From Thiomonas sp. (lineage in GTDB: Bacteria > Pseudomonadota > Gammaproteobacteria > Burkholderiales > Burkholderiaceae_C): 35,895 bases of DNA. Made by a program: the position numbers and the translations under genes. The notes under the pieces were generated by a model, which was not told the origin of the DNA, made no database searches, and worked only from the letters and a program-made list of their open reading frames with translations. This document shows positions 1 to 9,149 of this stretch, one piece after another. The stretch spans positions 1-35,895 of the forward strand of contig JBAUTC010000223.1 of assembly GCA_049582025.1 (NCBI GenBank), read 5' to 3'. Numbering within the stretch: the stretch's first letter is position 1; every line of letters begins with the position of its first letter.

Positions 1-219
1 CAGCAGGGCTGGACGGTGGGCAATATCGACTGCACCGTGATTGCGCAGGCGCCCAAGCTCGCGCCGTATCGCGCCGCCATCCGTCTGCGCATCGCCGAAT
101 TGCTGGGGTTGGATGGCGCGCAGGTCAACATCAAGGGCAAGACCACCGAGCGCCTGGGCTTCGTCGGGCGCGGTGAAGGCATTGCGGCCAGCGCGGTATG
201 CCTGCTGCAACGCGATTGA
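1..219 (+). CDS. ispF: 2-C-methyl-D-erythritol 2,4-cyclodiphosphate synthase, C-terminal part (5' end outside window; could be an IspDF fusion)
   Basis: Frame open from base 1: NIDCTVIAQAPKLAPY...VNIKGKTTERLGFVGRGEGIAASAVCLL, the typical IspF C-terminus. Confidence 0.93.
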   Translation, partial: QQGWTVGNIDCTVIAQAPKLAPYRAAIRLRIAELLGLDGAQVNIKGKTTERLGFVGRGEGIAASAVCLLQRD

Positions 220-243
220 CGCACTTCAAGTAAAGGTCACACC

Positions 244-708
244 ATGCGCTCGACACGTCTGCTTTCCCCTGTCGCCCTGGCGATTGCCATGGCCTGCGCA
301 AGCCCGATCTGGGCGGCGCAGCCCGAGGTGAACACCGGGCTGCCGCAGGTCAAACTCAAGATGGGCAGCCACGCTTTCATCGCCGAGGTGGCTGCCACGC
401 CGGAGCAGCAGCACACCGGTCTGATGAACCGCCGCAGCCTGCCAACAAATGGCGGCATGGTGTTCGTCTTCCCGCAAACCCAGCCGGTGTGCATGTGGAT
501 GAAAAACACCCTCATCCCGCTGTCGGTGGCCTTCATCGCCGCCGACGGCCGCATTGTCAACCTCGCCGACATGCAGGCCGAAAGCGAAGACGTGCATTGC
601 GCGCAGCAGGACGTGCGCTACGCACTCGAGGCGCCGCTGCACTGGTTTGCGCAGCATGGAGTGAAGGCGGGGGCATGGGTGTCCGGCTTGCCGAAGCCGG
701 CGCACTGA
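244..708 (+). CDS. DUF192 family exported protein
   Basis: Signal peptide, then AEVAATPEQQHTGLMNR, GMVFVF, CMWMKNTLIPLSVAFI and YALE motifs typical of DUF192. Confidence 0.88.
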   Translation: MRSTRLLSPVALAIAMACASPIWAAQPEVNTGLPQVKLKMGSHAFIAEVAATPEQQHTGLMNRRSLPTNGGMVFVFPQTQPVCMWMKNTLIPLSVAFIAADGRIVNLADMQAESEDVHCAQQDVRYALEAPLHWFAQHGVKAGAWVSGLPKPAH

Positions 709-821
709 AACGACACAACTGGTGACAACTGCGTGCATCGCGGCTGTCGCCATGCCGGCGGGCATTGCGTTGATTCGACACGGCCGCGCATTCTCTTGTC
801 GAACTTCAAAGGAAACCCGTC

Positions 822-1157
822 ATGCACTCGGTTCTTCGTTCCTCAATTCTGGCCCTGCTGTCTGCAGGCGCGTTGCTGACCACCCCGCTGGCATTCGCCC
901 AGACGCCTTGGCAAATCGACCATCCGGGGCGGACCCAAATCCTCACACGTGCCGACCATCTCGATCAACGGATCGCCTACAAACAATCGATCGGCGTGAT
1001 CAGGCCGCGGCGCGCCGCCGCGCTGCAGCGACAAGTGGCGCGTGTGCGTTGGGAGCAAAACACCATGGCTTCACGTAATGGCGGTCACTTGGTGCGTCCG
1101 CAATGGCAAGTGTTGAACCGGAAGGAAGATGCGATCAGCCGGGAGATCGGGCAATGA
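822..1157 (+). CDS. Secreted hypothetical protein (111 aa, basic, helical)
   Basis: AAAGGA SD upstream; signal peptide ending AFA; WQIDHPGR...MASRNGGHL...LNRKEDAISREIG resembles small Burkholderiales secreted proteins. Confidence 0.75.
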   Translation: MHSVLRSSILALLSAGALLTTPLAFAQTPWQIDHPGRTQILTRADHLDQRIAYKQSIGVIRPRRAAALQRQVARVRWEQNTMASRNGGHLVRPQWQVLNRKEDAISREIGQ

Positions 1158-1375
1158 AGGCGCGGCACTGGCAGGCGCGCATGCGCCAACTGCAACTGGC
1201 CGCGCTGGCGCTGTCCGGTAGTGTGTTGCTCGGCGGTTGCTATGTGGCGCCTATCGCCCCGGTCCGGGTGTCCGGCGCGGTGGTCGTGCGGCCTGAGGGC
1301 GGCGGTTGCTGGCACCATGGCTGGCACAGCCCTGACGGGGAGTGGCATCCGGGTCATTGGGGCGTCTGCCGCTGA
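1154..1375 (+). CDS. Small lipoprotein with His/Trp/Gly-rich C-terminus (YXWGXW/WXXGXW-like)
   Basis: ATGA overlap with the previous stop; GGGAG SD; lipobox LLGGC; CWHHGWHSPDGEWHPGHWGVC. Alternative start at 1181. Confidence 0.72.
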   Translation: MKARHWQARMRQLQLAALALSGSVLLGGCYVAPIAPVRVSGAVVVRPEGGGCWHHGWHSPDGEWHPGHWGVCR

Positions 1376-1421
1376 TCCGCCCGTCGCATTCTCTCCAACT
1401 CTTGCCCCCGGAGCAGCGTCG

Positions 1422-3149
1422 ATGAAGCGATCTCCCCCTTCCGCTTGGTTCCTGTCGCGCCGTCGGCTTCTGGGCTTGTTCAGCGTGGCGGGAGGCGGTC
1501 TATTGGCCCCTGGCTCCGCGGCATTTGCACAGACGGCCCAGTCGTGGGAGAGCGCCGCTGTCATAGATGCACCGGTGCCCGAAGTGCGGCTCGGGCTGGA
1601 CGCAGCGGCGCGTGCGAATGCTGTGGCCTTTCTTGACCGCATCGGCTGGGGCGCGAGCGCGGGGCAACTACGCGACTTGGCGCGGCTGGGCGCAACCGGC
1701 TATCTCGACGCACAGCTGCGTGCGCACGCCAGCCCGAACCTGCCGCCGGAGCTTGCCACACAACTCGCCGCACTGCCTGTGAACCAGCCGCTTGAGGCGC
1801 TGATTCCTCCCATCGTCCGCCAGGAACGCGCGTTCCGGCTGGCGCGCAAAAACAATCCGCAGGCAGACGCCGCCGACACCGAGGCGCAGCTCAAGGCACT
1901 CAACAAGTTCAAGTACGCGCTGTCGCAGCAGGCGGCCGCCCAGCAGGTGCTGCTGGGGATTTACGCCGCGAACCCGTTGCAGCAGCGCCTGAGCTGGTTC
2001 TGGTTGAATCATTTCAACGTGTTCCGCAACGGCGCCATCGGGCCGATGATGGGCGACTACGCGCAGCGCGTCATCGCGCCGCACGCACTCGGCACATTCC
2101 GCGAACTGCTGCGCGCCACCATGTTCTCGCCGCAGATGCTGCTCTACCTGAACAACGCGCAGAACGCCCGTGGTCATGTGAACGAAAACTATGCGCGCGA
2201 GGTGATGGAACTGCACACCCTGGGTGTGGGCAGTGGCTACTCGCAGGCGGATGTGACCAATCTGGCGCGCGTGCTCACCGGGCTGGGCGTGGATCTGCTC
2301 GACAAGCCGGTGCGCGCGCGTCCTGCGTTGCGCGCCGAGGTCTGGAAACAGGGGCTGGTGGTGTTCAACCCTGCACGCCACGACTCCGACCCCAAGAGTG
2401 TGCTCGGCCACACCCTGCAGGGAAACGGTCTGGACGAGATCGAGGCCGTGATCAGCCTGCTGGCCGATCATCCCGCCACCGCGCGGCATGTCAGCACGCA
2501 GCTGGCGCAGTATTTCGTGTCCGACCGTCCGCTGCCAGGTTTGGTCGACGGCATGGTGCAGCGCTGGCAGGCGAGTGGCGGCGACATCGCAGCGGTGCTG
2601 CGCACGATGTTCACCAGTCCGCAGTTCAGCGCCAGCCTGCGGCAGTCGCAATTCAAGGACCCCATGCGCTACGTGCTGTCCGCCTTGCGCGTCAGCGTGG
2701 GGGACGCGTTGATTCGCAATCCGCAGCCGGTGCTCGGCATGCTGAACCGCCTGGGCGAACCGTTGTATGGGCGGCAGACGCCTGACGGTTATCCGCTCAA
2801 CACAGGCGCGTGGGACAGCCCGGGCCAGCTTGCCGCGCGCTTCGAGGTGGCGCGGCAGATCGGCCTCGGCGCTCCGGCGCTGTTCGGTGCACAGCCCGAA
2901 TTCCTTCGCCAGAACGCACCGCTGGAAGTTGCGGACGCCGACGGCATGCAGAGGGGTATGAATGCTGCGCCTGCGCAGACCCGCGAGCCGCTACCGCACC
3001 GCCCTCCGCCCGATCTGTCGCAAAGCGCGGTCTATCTCGCGCAGCAGGACCAGTTGAGCATCAACACCTTGCGGGCGCTGGCGCAGGCCGACAACCGTGT
3101 GCGCTGGAACGCCCTGTGGCTGTCTTCCCCAGAATTCATGAATGCCTGA
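1422..3149 (+). CDS. DUF1800 family protein, Tat-exported
   Basis: GGAG SD at 1410; SRRRLL twin-arginine signal; FWLNHFNV, MLLYLNN and NENYAREVMELHTLG motifs. Confidence 0.9.
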   Translation: MKRSPPSAWFLSRRRLLGLFSVAGGGLLAPGSAAFAQTAQSWESAAVIDAPVPEVRLGLDAAARANAVAFLDRIGWGASAGQLRDLARLGATGYLDAQLRAHASPNLPPELATQLAALPVNQPLEALIPPIVRQERAFRLARKNNPQADAADTEAQLKALNKFKYALSQQAAAQQVLLGIYAANPLQQRLSWFWLNHFNVFRNGAIGPMMGDYAQRVIAPHALGTFRELLRATMFSPQMLLYLNNAQNARGHVNENYAREVMELHTLGVGSGYSQADVTNLARVLTGLGVDLLDKPVRARPALRAEVWKQGLVVFNPARHDSDPKSVLGHTLQGNGLDEIEAVISLLADHPATARHVSTQLAQYFVSDRPLPGLVDGMVQRWQASGGDIAAVLRTMFTSPQFSASLRQSQFKDPMRYVLSALRVSVGDALIRNPQPVLGMLNRLGEPLYGRQTPDGYPLNTGAWDSPGQLAARFEVARQIGLGAPALFGAQPEFLRQNAPLEVADADGMQRGMNAAPAQTREPLPHRPPPDLSQSAVYLAQQDQLSINTLRALAQADNRVRWNALWLSSPEFMNA

Positions 3150-3160
3150 AGGAGCGCACC

Positions 3161-4375
3161 ATGCAACGCCGCCACTTTCTGCACACCGCCACAGCTGCCG
3201 CCCTTGCCGCGCCGATGGCCCACCTGTGGGCTGCTACCGCCACTCGGGCGCAGCCCAAATTCATTCTGGTCTTTCTGCGCGGGGCGTATGACGCGACCAA
3301 TCTGCTTGTGCCCCATGCCAGCGACTTCTATTACGAATCGCGCCCGCACATCGCCGTGCCGCGTGCGGGCGCCGGGCCGGATGCGGCCATTCCCCTGAGC
3401 GCCGACTGGGGGCTGCATCCGGCTCTGCGCGCATCCATGCTGCCGCTGTGGCAAGCCGGGCAACTGGCCTTTGTGCCATTTGCAGGCACGCGCGACATGA
3501 GCCGCAGCCATTTCGAGACGCAGGACCACATCGAACTCGGTCAGGGCCCGCGAACCCGCGACTTCAACGACGGCTTTCTCAACCGTCTGGTGCAGCAGCT
3601 CGGCGGGGGCGCGCAGCCCATGGCCTTCACCGCGCAGTTGCCGCTGTCGCTGCGCGGGGCGCGGCGTGTGCCCAATCTCCCCATTGCCCAGGCCGGACGC
3701 ACCGGCATCGACGCCCGCCAGCGCGAACTCATCGAGGGCATGTGGAGCGGCTCGGCGCAAGGTGCCGCGGTGCGCGAAGGCTTCGCCGTGCAACAAACCG
3801 TGATGGACGACATGCAGGCAACAGGCTGGCAGGCCGAGATGGTGGCTGCCAGCCGCGGCGCAGTCGCTCCCAAGGGCTTTGTGGCCGAGGCCGTGAAAAT
3901 CGGCGGGTTGATGCGCGAGAGCTTCAACGTCGGCTTCATCGATGTCGGCGGCTGGGATACGCATGTGAACGAAGCCACCGGGAACGGCGCCAAAGGACAG
4001 CTCGCCGACAAGCTGGGCGCACTCGGCCAGGGACTGGCGGGCCTGGCGCAGGCCATGGGGCCGGCCTGGCGGGACACCACCGTGGTCGTACTCAGCGAGT
4101 TTGGCCGCACTTTCCGCGAAAACGGCAACCGGGGCACCGATCACGGCCACGGCACGGTGTATTGGCTGCTCGGCGGCACCGTGCGCGGCCGGCGCATTGC
4201 GGGCGAGCAGGTCGCCTTGTCCCCAGGTAACCTCAACCAGAACCGCGACACCCCCGTGCTGACCGACTACCGCGACTTGCTCGGCGGCGTGTTCCAGCGC
4301 CTGTGGGGGCTGCGACGATCGCAGGTCGAGGCTGTGTTTCCCGGTGCCCGGCCGGTCGATCTGCGTTTGTTGTAG
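3161..4375 (+). CDS. DUF1501 family protein, Tat-exported
   Basis: AAGGAG SD; QRRHFL signal; VFLRGAYD, SRSHF, GGWDTH, SEFGRT, NGNRGTDHG motifs; usual partner of DUF1800. Confidence 0.9.
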   Translation: MQRRHFLHTATAAALAAPMAHLWAATATRAQPKFILVFLRGAYDATNLLVPHASDFYYESRPHIAVPRAGAGPDAAIPLSADWGLHPALRASMLPLWQAGQLAFVPFAGTRDMSRSHFETQDHIELGQGPRTRDFNDGFLNRLVQQLGGGAQPMAFTAQLPLSLRGARRVPNLPIAQAGRTGIDARQRELIEGMWSGSAQGAAVREGFAVQQTVMDDMQATGWQAEMVAASRGAVAPKGFVAEAVKIGGLMRESFNVGFIDVGGWDTHVNEATGNGAKGQLADKLGALGQGLAGLAQAMGPAWRDTTVVVLSEFGRTFRENGNRGTDHGHGTVYWLLGGTVRGRRIAGEQVALSPGNLNQNRDTPVLTDYRDLLGGVFQRLWGLRRSQVEAVFPGARPVDLRLL

Positions 4376-4389
4376 AGGGTGCCGTCGCG

Positions 4390-4423
4390 CAACAAAGAGC
4401 CCGCATCAGCGGGCTCTTTGTTG
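4390..4423. terminator. Bidirectional intrinsic terminator between convergent DUF1501 and sodB
   Basis: Perfect 15-bp inverted repeat CAACAAAGAGCCCGC-atca-GCGGGCTCTTTGTTG with U-rich tails on both strands. Confidence 0.85.
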
Positions 4424-4438
4424 AACTGCTGTGCCGCT

Positions 4439-5020
4439 TCAGCCGAAGTTCTTTTCTGCGAAGTCCCAGTTCACCAGCTTGTCGAGGTAGGTGGTGACAA
4501 AGTCCGGGCGGCGGTTGCGGTAATCGATGTAATAGGCGTGCTCCCAGACGTCCAGGGTGAGAACGGCCTTGTCGGCGGTGGTCAGCGGGGTCTGGCCATT
4601 GGCAGTATTGACGATGTCGACGGTGCCATCAGGCTTTTTCACCAGCCAGGTCCAGCCGGAGCCGAAGTTGCCCACTGCGGACTTGTGAAACGCTTCCTTG
4701 AAGGCGGCGTAGCTGCCCCATTTTGCGGTGATGGCCGTGGCCAATGCGCCCTTGGGTTCGCCGCCGCCGTTGGGCTTGAGGCAATTCCAGAAGAAGGAGT
4801 GGTTCCACACCTGGGCGCTGTTGTTGAACAGGCCGCCGCTAGATTTCTTGACGATCTCTTCGAGAGGCATGGACTCGAATTCGGTGCCCTTGATCAGGTT
4901 GTTGGTGTTGTTGACGTAGGCCTGATGGTGCTTGCCGTGGTGATATTCGAGCGTCTCGCGCGACATGTGGGGGGCGAGCGCGTCGGGGGCGAATGGCAGT
5001 GGGGGCAGTTCGTGTTGCAT
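4439..5020 (-). CDS. sodB: Fe superoxide dismutase
   Basis: [34 protein letters not shown] (Fe-type AQ), [13 protein letters not shown]. Confidence 0.96.
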   Translation of the reverse strand: MQHELPPLPFAPDALAPHMSRETLEYHHGKHHQAYVNNTNNLIKGTEFESMPLEEIVKKSSGGLFNNSAQVWNHSFFWNCLKPNGGGEPKGALATAITAKWGSYAAFKEAFHKSAVGNFGSGWTWLVKKPDGTVDIVNTANGQTPLTTADKAVLTLDVWEHAYYIDYRNRRPDFVTTYLDKLVNWDFAEKNFG

Positions 5021-5094
5021 GGGCTTCTCCTTGGGTGAGTGGCGATGGCAAAAAGCGGAACTCACGCATTCTAGGAACAGCGTGTTGATCCTGC

Positions 5095-6468
5095 TCAAAC
5101 CGGCGGGATATCCGCGTCAAGGGGATGGGGCAGCGGGCTGAGACGGTTGATGTCGAGCCGCATGGCGCGCTGGGCGTCGGCCAATTGCAGCGCCTCGCCG
5201 GGATGGAGTTGTGACAGATCGCGCAGCACATGACCGCTGGCGTCCATGCCGAGCAGATACCCGCGTGCCAGCGTGGCGCGCGGGCTGAGCAATTGCAGAT
5301 GTTGCGCGACGCGGTCGAGACGCTGCCGTGCGGCGGTCAGCCAACGGGCTTTGGCGTCCGGCAGTTGCCGGCCCAAGCGCTCCAGCCGATCGCGCTCCTG
5401 CGGCAGGCGGGTTCGCAGGGCGCGCTCGAGGGTGTCCTGCTGCAGTTGCAGGCGCTGGGCGTGCAGGCGGGGCAAGCCAGTGAACGCCTGCTGCAACCGC
5501 CATTGCCACTGCGCCAGTTGGCGCTGCGGTGCAGCGAGCAGCGCGGCGGACTGCGGCCAGCGCAGGGCGAGACGGTCACAGCGTTGCTGTTCACGCTGCA
5601 GTTGACGGCGCATGGCGCTACGCAGGCGGTGGTCCACATGGTCGAGTGCGCTGGACAACGCGGCCTGTGCGGGAACCCCCAGTTCTGCGGCGGCGGTGGG
5701 GGTGGGTGCGCGCAGATCTGCCACGAAGTCGGCCAGGGTGAAATCGGTTTCGTGTCCCACGCCGCTGACGACCGGCAGGCTGCTGGTGGCGATCGTGCGG
5801 ATGAGGGTCTCGTCGTTGAACGCCCAGAGATCGTCCAGGCTGCCGCCGCCCCGGACCAGCAGGACGAGATCGACTTCCTGACGGGTCTGCGCGCGGCGCA
5901 GCGCGGTGTTCAACTCGCTAGGTGCCTGTGTGCCCTGCACGCTGGCGGGATAGACCACGACCCGTACATGCGGGCTGCGTCGGCGCAAGGCGGTGAGCAC
6001 GTCGCGCAATGCTGCGGCCTGCAAGGAGGTGATCACGCCGACCGCGCGCGGCATGGCGGGCAGGGAGCGCTTGCGCTCAGTGTCGAACAGCCCTTCGGCC
6101 TGCAGCTTGGCCTTGAGGCGCAAAAACGCTTCGAGCAGTGCGCCTTCGCCGTCGGGCTGCACGCTCTCGACGATGAGTTGCAGATCGCCGCGCGGTTCGT
6201 AAATCGCCACGCTTGCGCGCAGCCGCACGCTCAGTCCGTCGCGCAGCGCCAGCGCGGCAGCGCCCGACCGCTGGCGGAACAGCACGCAGCGCAATTGCGC
6301 CGTACCGTCCTTGAGATTGAAGTATTGATGGCCGCTGGCCGCCCGCACCAGGCCCGACACTTCACCGCGCACGCTGATGCTGTTGAAGCGGGCGTTGAGC
6401 GCGTCGGAAAATGCCTGCACCAGGGCGGTGACGCTCCACACCAAAGGGCCGTTCTGTGAAATTTTCAA
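5095..6468 (-). CDS. xseA: Exodeoxyribonuclease VII large subunit (start uncertain; TTG at 6468 chosen, ORF open to 6543)
   Basis: [20 protein letters not shown]-fold; [43 protein letters not shown]. Confidence 0.95.
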   Translation of the reverse strand: MKISQNGPLVWSVTALVQAFSDALNARFNSISVRGEVSGLVRAASGHQYFNLKDGTAQLRCVLFRQRSGAAALALRDGLSVRLRASVAIYEPRGDLQLIVESVQPDGEGALLEAFLRLKAKLQAEGLFDTERKRSLPAMPRAVGVITSLQAAALRDVLTALRRRSPHVRVVVYPASVQGTQAPSELNTALRRAQTRQEVDLVLLVRGGGSLDDLWAFNDETLIRTIATSSLPVVSGVGHETDFTLADFVADLRAPTPTAAAELGVPAQAALSSALDHVDHRLRSAMRRQLQREQQRCDRLALRWPQSAALLAAPQRQLAQWQWRLQQAFTGLPRLHAQRLQLQQDTLERALRTRLPQERDRLERLGRQLPDAKARWLTAARQRLDRVAQHLQLLSPRATLARGYLLGMDASGHVLRDLSQLHPGEALQLADAQRAMRLDINRLSPLPHPLDADIPPV

Positions 6469-6506
6469 GGTAATTTCCGGGTTGTCATCGCATGATTCCC
6501 TAGGGG

Positions 6507-6706
6507 ATATGCACACTTCGGCGGCGATTGTGATTGCGGCCATTTCAGTGTCAGAAAATGCCGACGGAACGTAGTAAGTTATTGATTTTAAATAAATAAA
6601 ATGTGCCTAAAAAAGCGTCACATTAAGCGGAGGTCTTGATATTGCGGCATTTGGCGCAGCCATTCAGGGCTTGCCCACAGAGTTGTCCACAGATTGGTGG
6701 GATAAC
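6507..6706. promoter_or_regulatory. Cluster of DnaA-box-like 9-mers with an IHF site and a Fis-like site (DARS/datA-like)
   Basis: ATATGCACA 6507-6515; TAAGTTATTGATT 6575-6587 (IHF consensus YAANNNNTTGATW); GCCTAAAAAAGCGTC 6605-6619 (degenerate Fis-like G-N13-C); TTGCCCACA 6671-6679; TTGTCCACA 6683-6691; inverted degenerate GTGGGATAA 6697-6705. Confidence 0.65.
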
Positions 6707-6747
6707 TTGCGCCGATGGGCTCCGGACATTGTTGTCGACCCACTGGA

Positions 6748-6777
6748 TTGTCTGCAACTTTCGTCACCCGGCATAAT
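6748..6777 (+). promoter_or_regulatory. Candidate sigma70 promoter of the exbB-lpxK-kdsB operon
   Basis: TTGTCT-N18-CATAAT, 62 nt upstream of the ATG at 6840. Confidence 0.4.
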
Positions 6778-6839
6778 GCGGCGCTGAGTTTTCGGGGAAC
6801 ACATCCGTCCTTCAACGGACAGACGCAAAGGACAAAAGC

Positions 6840-7460
6840 ATGTTTCACTTGGTGCAAGCCGCGGGCTGGCCGATCTGGCCCTTGATTTTGTGTTCGATCG
6901 TGGCGCTGGCCGTGATTTTCGAGCGGCTGTCTGCATTGCGGCGCGCGCGCATCCTGCCGCCCAAGCTGCTTGACGAAGCGCTGAATGTCTCGTCCAAGCA
7001 ATTGCCCGCTGCCGATGTGATCGACAAACTTGAGCACAATTCGCCGCTGGGTGCCGTGCTGGCCAGCGGGTTTCGCTCGGTCGCGCGCCCACACGCCAGC
7101 GCCGTGGGCTTGCAGGAAGATCTGGAAAACGCCGGTCGCCATCAGGTGTACCGCCTGCAGAAGTACCTCAACGCCCTGGCGACCGTGGCGTCTGCCGCGC
7201 CGCTGCTCGGGCTGTTGGGCACGGTGGTGGGCATGATCGAGATTTTCGGCTCGCAAACCAGCGCCGGCACCGATCCGACTGTCCTGGCGCATGGCATTTC
7301 CGTGGCGCTGTACAACACGGCGTTAGGACTGATCGTGGCCGTGCCGTCGCTGATTTTCTACCGCTACTTCCGCAGCCGGGTGGACGATTACACCGTCGAT
7401 CTGGAACAGGCCGCGCGGCGCCTGGCCACGCATCTGCAAAGCTATTTGCCGCGCCGCTGA
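6840..7460 (+). CDS. MotA/TolQ/ExbB proton channel family protein
   Basis: 3 TM segments; APLLGLLGTVVGMI and GISVALYNTALGLIVAVP. Confidence 0.92.
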   Translation: MFHLVQAAGWPIWPLILCSIVALAVIFERLSALRRARILPPKLLDEALNVSSKQLPAADVIDKLEHNSPLGAVLASGFRSVARPHASAVGLQEDLENAGRHQVYRLQKYLNALATVASAAPLLGLLGTVVGMIEIFGSQTSAGTDPTVLAHGISVALYNTALGLIVAVPSLIFYRYFRSRVDDYTVDLEQAARRLATHLQSYLPRR

Positions 7461-7475
7461 CCCGCGCCTGCCGCC

Positions 7476-7895
7476 ATGAACTTCAAGCGCCAGAATTCGG
7501 AAGACCCCGAGGTCAATCTCATCCCGCTGATCGACGTGCTGCTGGTCATCCTGATCTTTCTGATGATCAGCACCACCTATTCCAAGTTCACCGAGCTGAA
7601 AATCACCCTGCCTACAGCGGATGCGGAAAAGCTGCAGAACAACCCGCAGGAAATCATCGTGGCCGTGAGCAGCGGCGGTGAATATGCGGTCAACAAGCAA
7701 ATCCTCCCCAGCCGTACCGTCGCCGCGCTGACTCAGTCGCTGCTCAATGCCGCCAATGGCAAGCCCGAGTCCATGGTGGTGATCAGCGCCGATGCGCAGG
7801 CCACCCAGCAATCGGTGGTGAACGTGATGGAGGCTGCCCGTGCTGCCGGCCTGAGCCGCCTGACCTTCGCCACGCAGAAATCGCCCGGCTCCTGA
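7476..7895 (+). CDS. ExbD/TolR family biopolymer transport protein
   Basis: EVNLIPLIDVLLVILIFLM; VISADAQA..QSVVNVM. Confidence 0.92.
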   Translation: MNFKRQNSEDPEVNLIPLIDVLLVILIFLMISTTYSKFTELKITLPTADAEKLQNNPQEIIVAVSSGGEYAVNKQILPSRTVAALTQSLLNAANGKPESMVVISADAQATQQSVVNVMEAARAAGLSRLTFATQKSPGS

Positions 7896-8941
7896 TGGTG
7901 CAGACCGCGGCACACAGCGGCTGGCCGCGTTGGTGGCTGCGTCGCAGCCTGCTGTCCTGGTCGCTGTGGCCGCTGTCGCTGTTGTTTGCGGCGTTCAGTG
8001 CCTTGCGTCGGCAGCTTTACCGCAGCGGCGTGCTTGCAGCCGGGCGAGTGGATGTGCCCGTGATCGTGGTCGGCAATCTCACCGTGGGCGGTGCCGGAAA
8101 GACGCCGCTGATCGCCGCATTGACCAATGGTTTGCAGCAGGAGGGCTGGCACCCCGGCATCCTCTCGCGCGGCTATGGCCGCGGGTCGGCGGATGATGAC
8201 CCGTTGCTGGTGCATGCTGACAGCGATCCTGCGCTGTGCGGTGATGAACCGGTGCTGCTCGCACGGCTGACCGAGTGCCCCGTCATGGTGGGGCGGCGGC
8301 GTGCGCAGGCAGCTCAAGCCCTGCGCGCCGTCCGCCCCGCCGTCAACGTGATGCTGAGCGACGACGGCCTGCAGCACCTCGCCCTGGCGCGTGATGTTGA
8401 ACTGGTTGTGGTGGACCAACGCTTGTGGGGAAATGGCTTTCTGCTGCCTGCCGGGCCGTTGCGCGAGTCGCCCTGGCGGCAGCGAGATGCCACCCTGGGT
8501 CCGCAGGCGGTGCTGCAGCAGATCGAGGGCGGCGGGCGCCATTTCGCTCTGACGCGGACACTGGGCGAGATCACCCCGTTGGTCGGTGGCGTGCCGCTCA
8601 GCCCGGTGCAGTTTGCCCAGCGTTTTGCCGGCCAGCGGCTTGGGGCGCTTGCCGGCATCGGACATCCGGCGCAGTTCTTTGGCATGTTGCAGGGCGCCGG
8701 CCTTGCTGTGGAGGGCGTGGCGGTTGGAGACCATCAAGCCCTGACCGAGGCGGATTTGGCCTCCCTTCCGCCGGATTGTCCGGTTCTGATCACGGAGAAA
8801 GACGCCATAAAATCGGCGCATCTGTCGCCCGCCGTGCGCGAGCGCCTCTGGGTTGTCGGCCTGCGACTGGACCTGCCCGCCGACCTGCTGCCCTGGCTAC
8901 ACCACAAACTGGAGATTGCGCGTGGACTCACGACTTCTTGA
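7895..8941 (+). CDS. lpxK: Tetraacyldisaccharide 4'-kinase
   Basis: TGATG overlap; VGNLTVGGAGKTP, SRGYG, GDEP, DDGLQH, LLPAGPLRE, TEKD. Confidence 0.95.
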   Translation: MVQTAAHSGWPRWWLRRSLLSWSLWPLSLLFAAFSALRRQLYRSGVLAAGRVDVPVIVVGNLTVGGAGKTPLIAALTNGLQQEGWHPGILSRGYGRGSADDDPLLVHADSDPALCGDEPVLLARLTECPVMVGRRRAQAAQALRAVRPAVNVMLSDDGLQHLALARDVELVVVDQRLWGNGFLLPAGPLRESPWRQRDATLGPQAVLQQIEGGGRHFALTRTLGEITPLVGGVPLSPVQFAQRFAGQRLGALAGIGHPAQFFGMLQGAGLAVEGVAVGDHQALTEADLASLPPDCPVLITEKDAIKSAHLSPAVRERLWVVGLRLDLPADLLPWLHHKLEIARGLTTS

Positions 8942-9149
8942 TTTACTCGTCTGCCCGATTTGCAAGGGTTCACTGCAATACGACCGCGGCGCGAAGGAAC
9001 TCATCTGCCCGCGCGACAAATTCGCCTATCCGGTGCGTGACGATATCCCGCTGATGCTGGTCGACCTGGCGCGCGACATGACCGTGCCCGCAGCAGAGGA
9101 CCCGGCTCCGGTGCAATCCGCAGACACAAATACAGATTCTCCGGCGTGA
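8922..9149 (+). CDS. Trm112/YcaR (UPF0434) family protein
   Basis: GGAG SD then [18 protein letters not shown]...[11 protein letters not shown]; conserved lpxK-ycaR-kdsB synteny. Confidence 0.9.
   Translation: MDSRLLDLLVCPICKGSLQYDRGAKELICPRDKFAYPVRDDIPLMLVDLARDMTVPAAEDPAPVQSADTNTDSPA

Noticed and set aside
1221..1421. Upstream extensions of DUF1800 (1221), DUF1501 (2810), sodB (5098), hemH (16796) and GNAT (19590) in the ORF track
   Set aside because: They overlap neighbouring genes; the downstream ATGs fit the SD, signal peptide or family N-terminus better
6507..6706. oriC
   Set aside because: No dnaA/dnaN/gidA/parAB context, few and imperfect boxes, and no clear DUE repeats; kept as DARS-like instead
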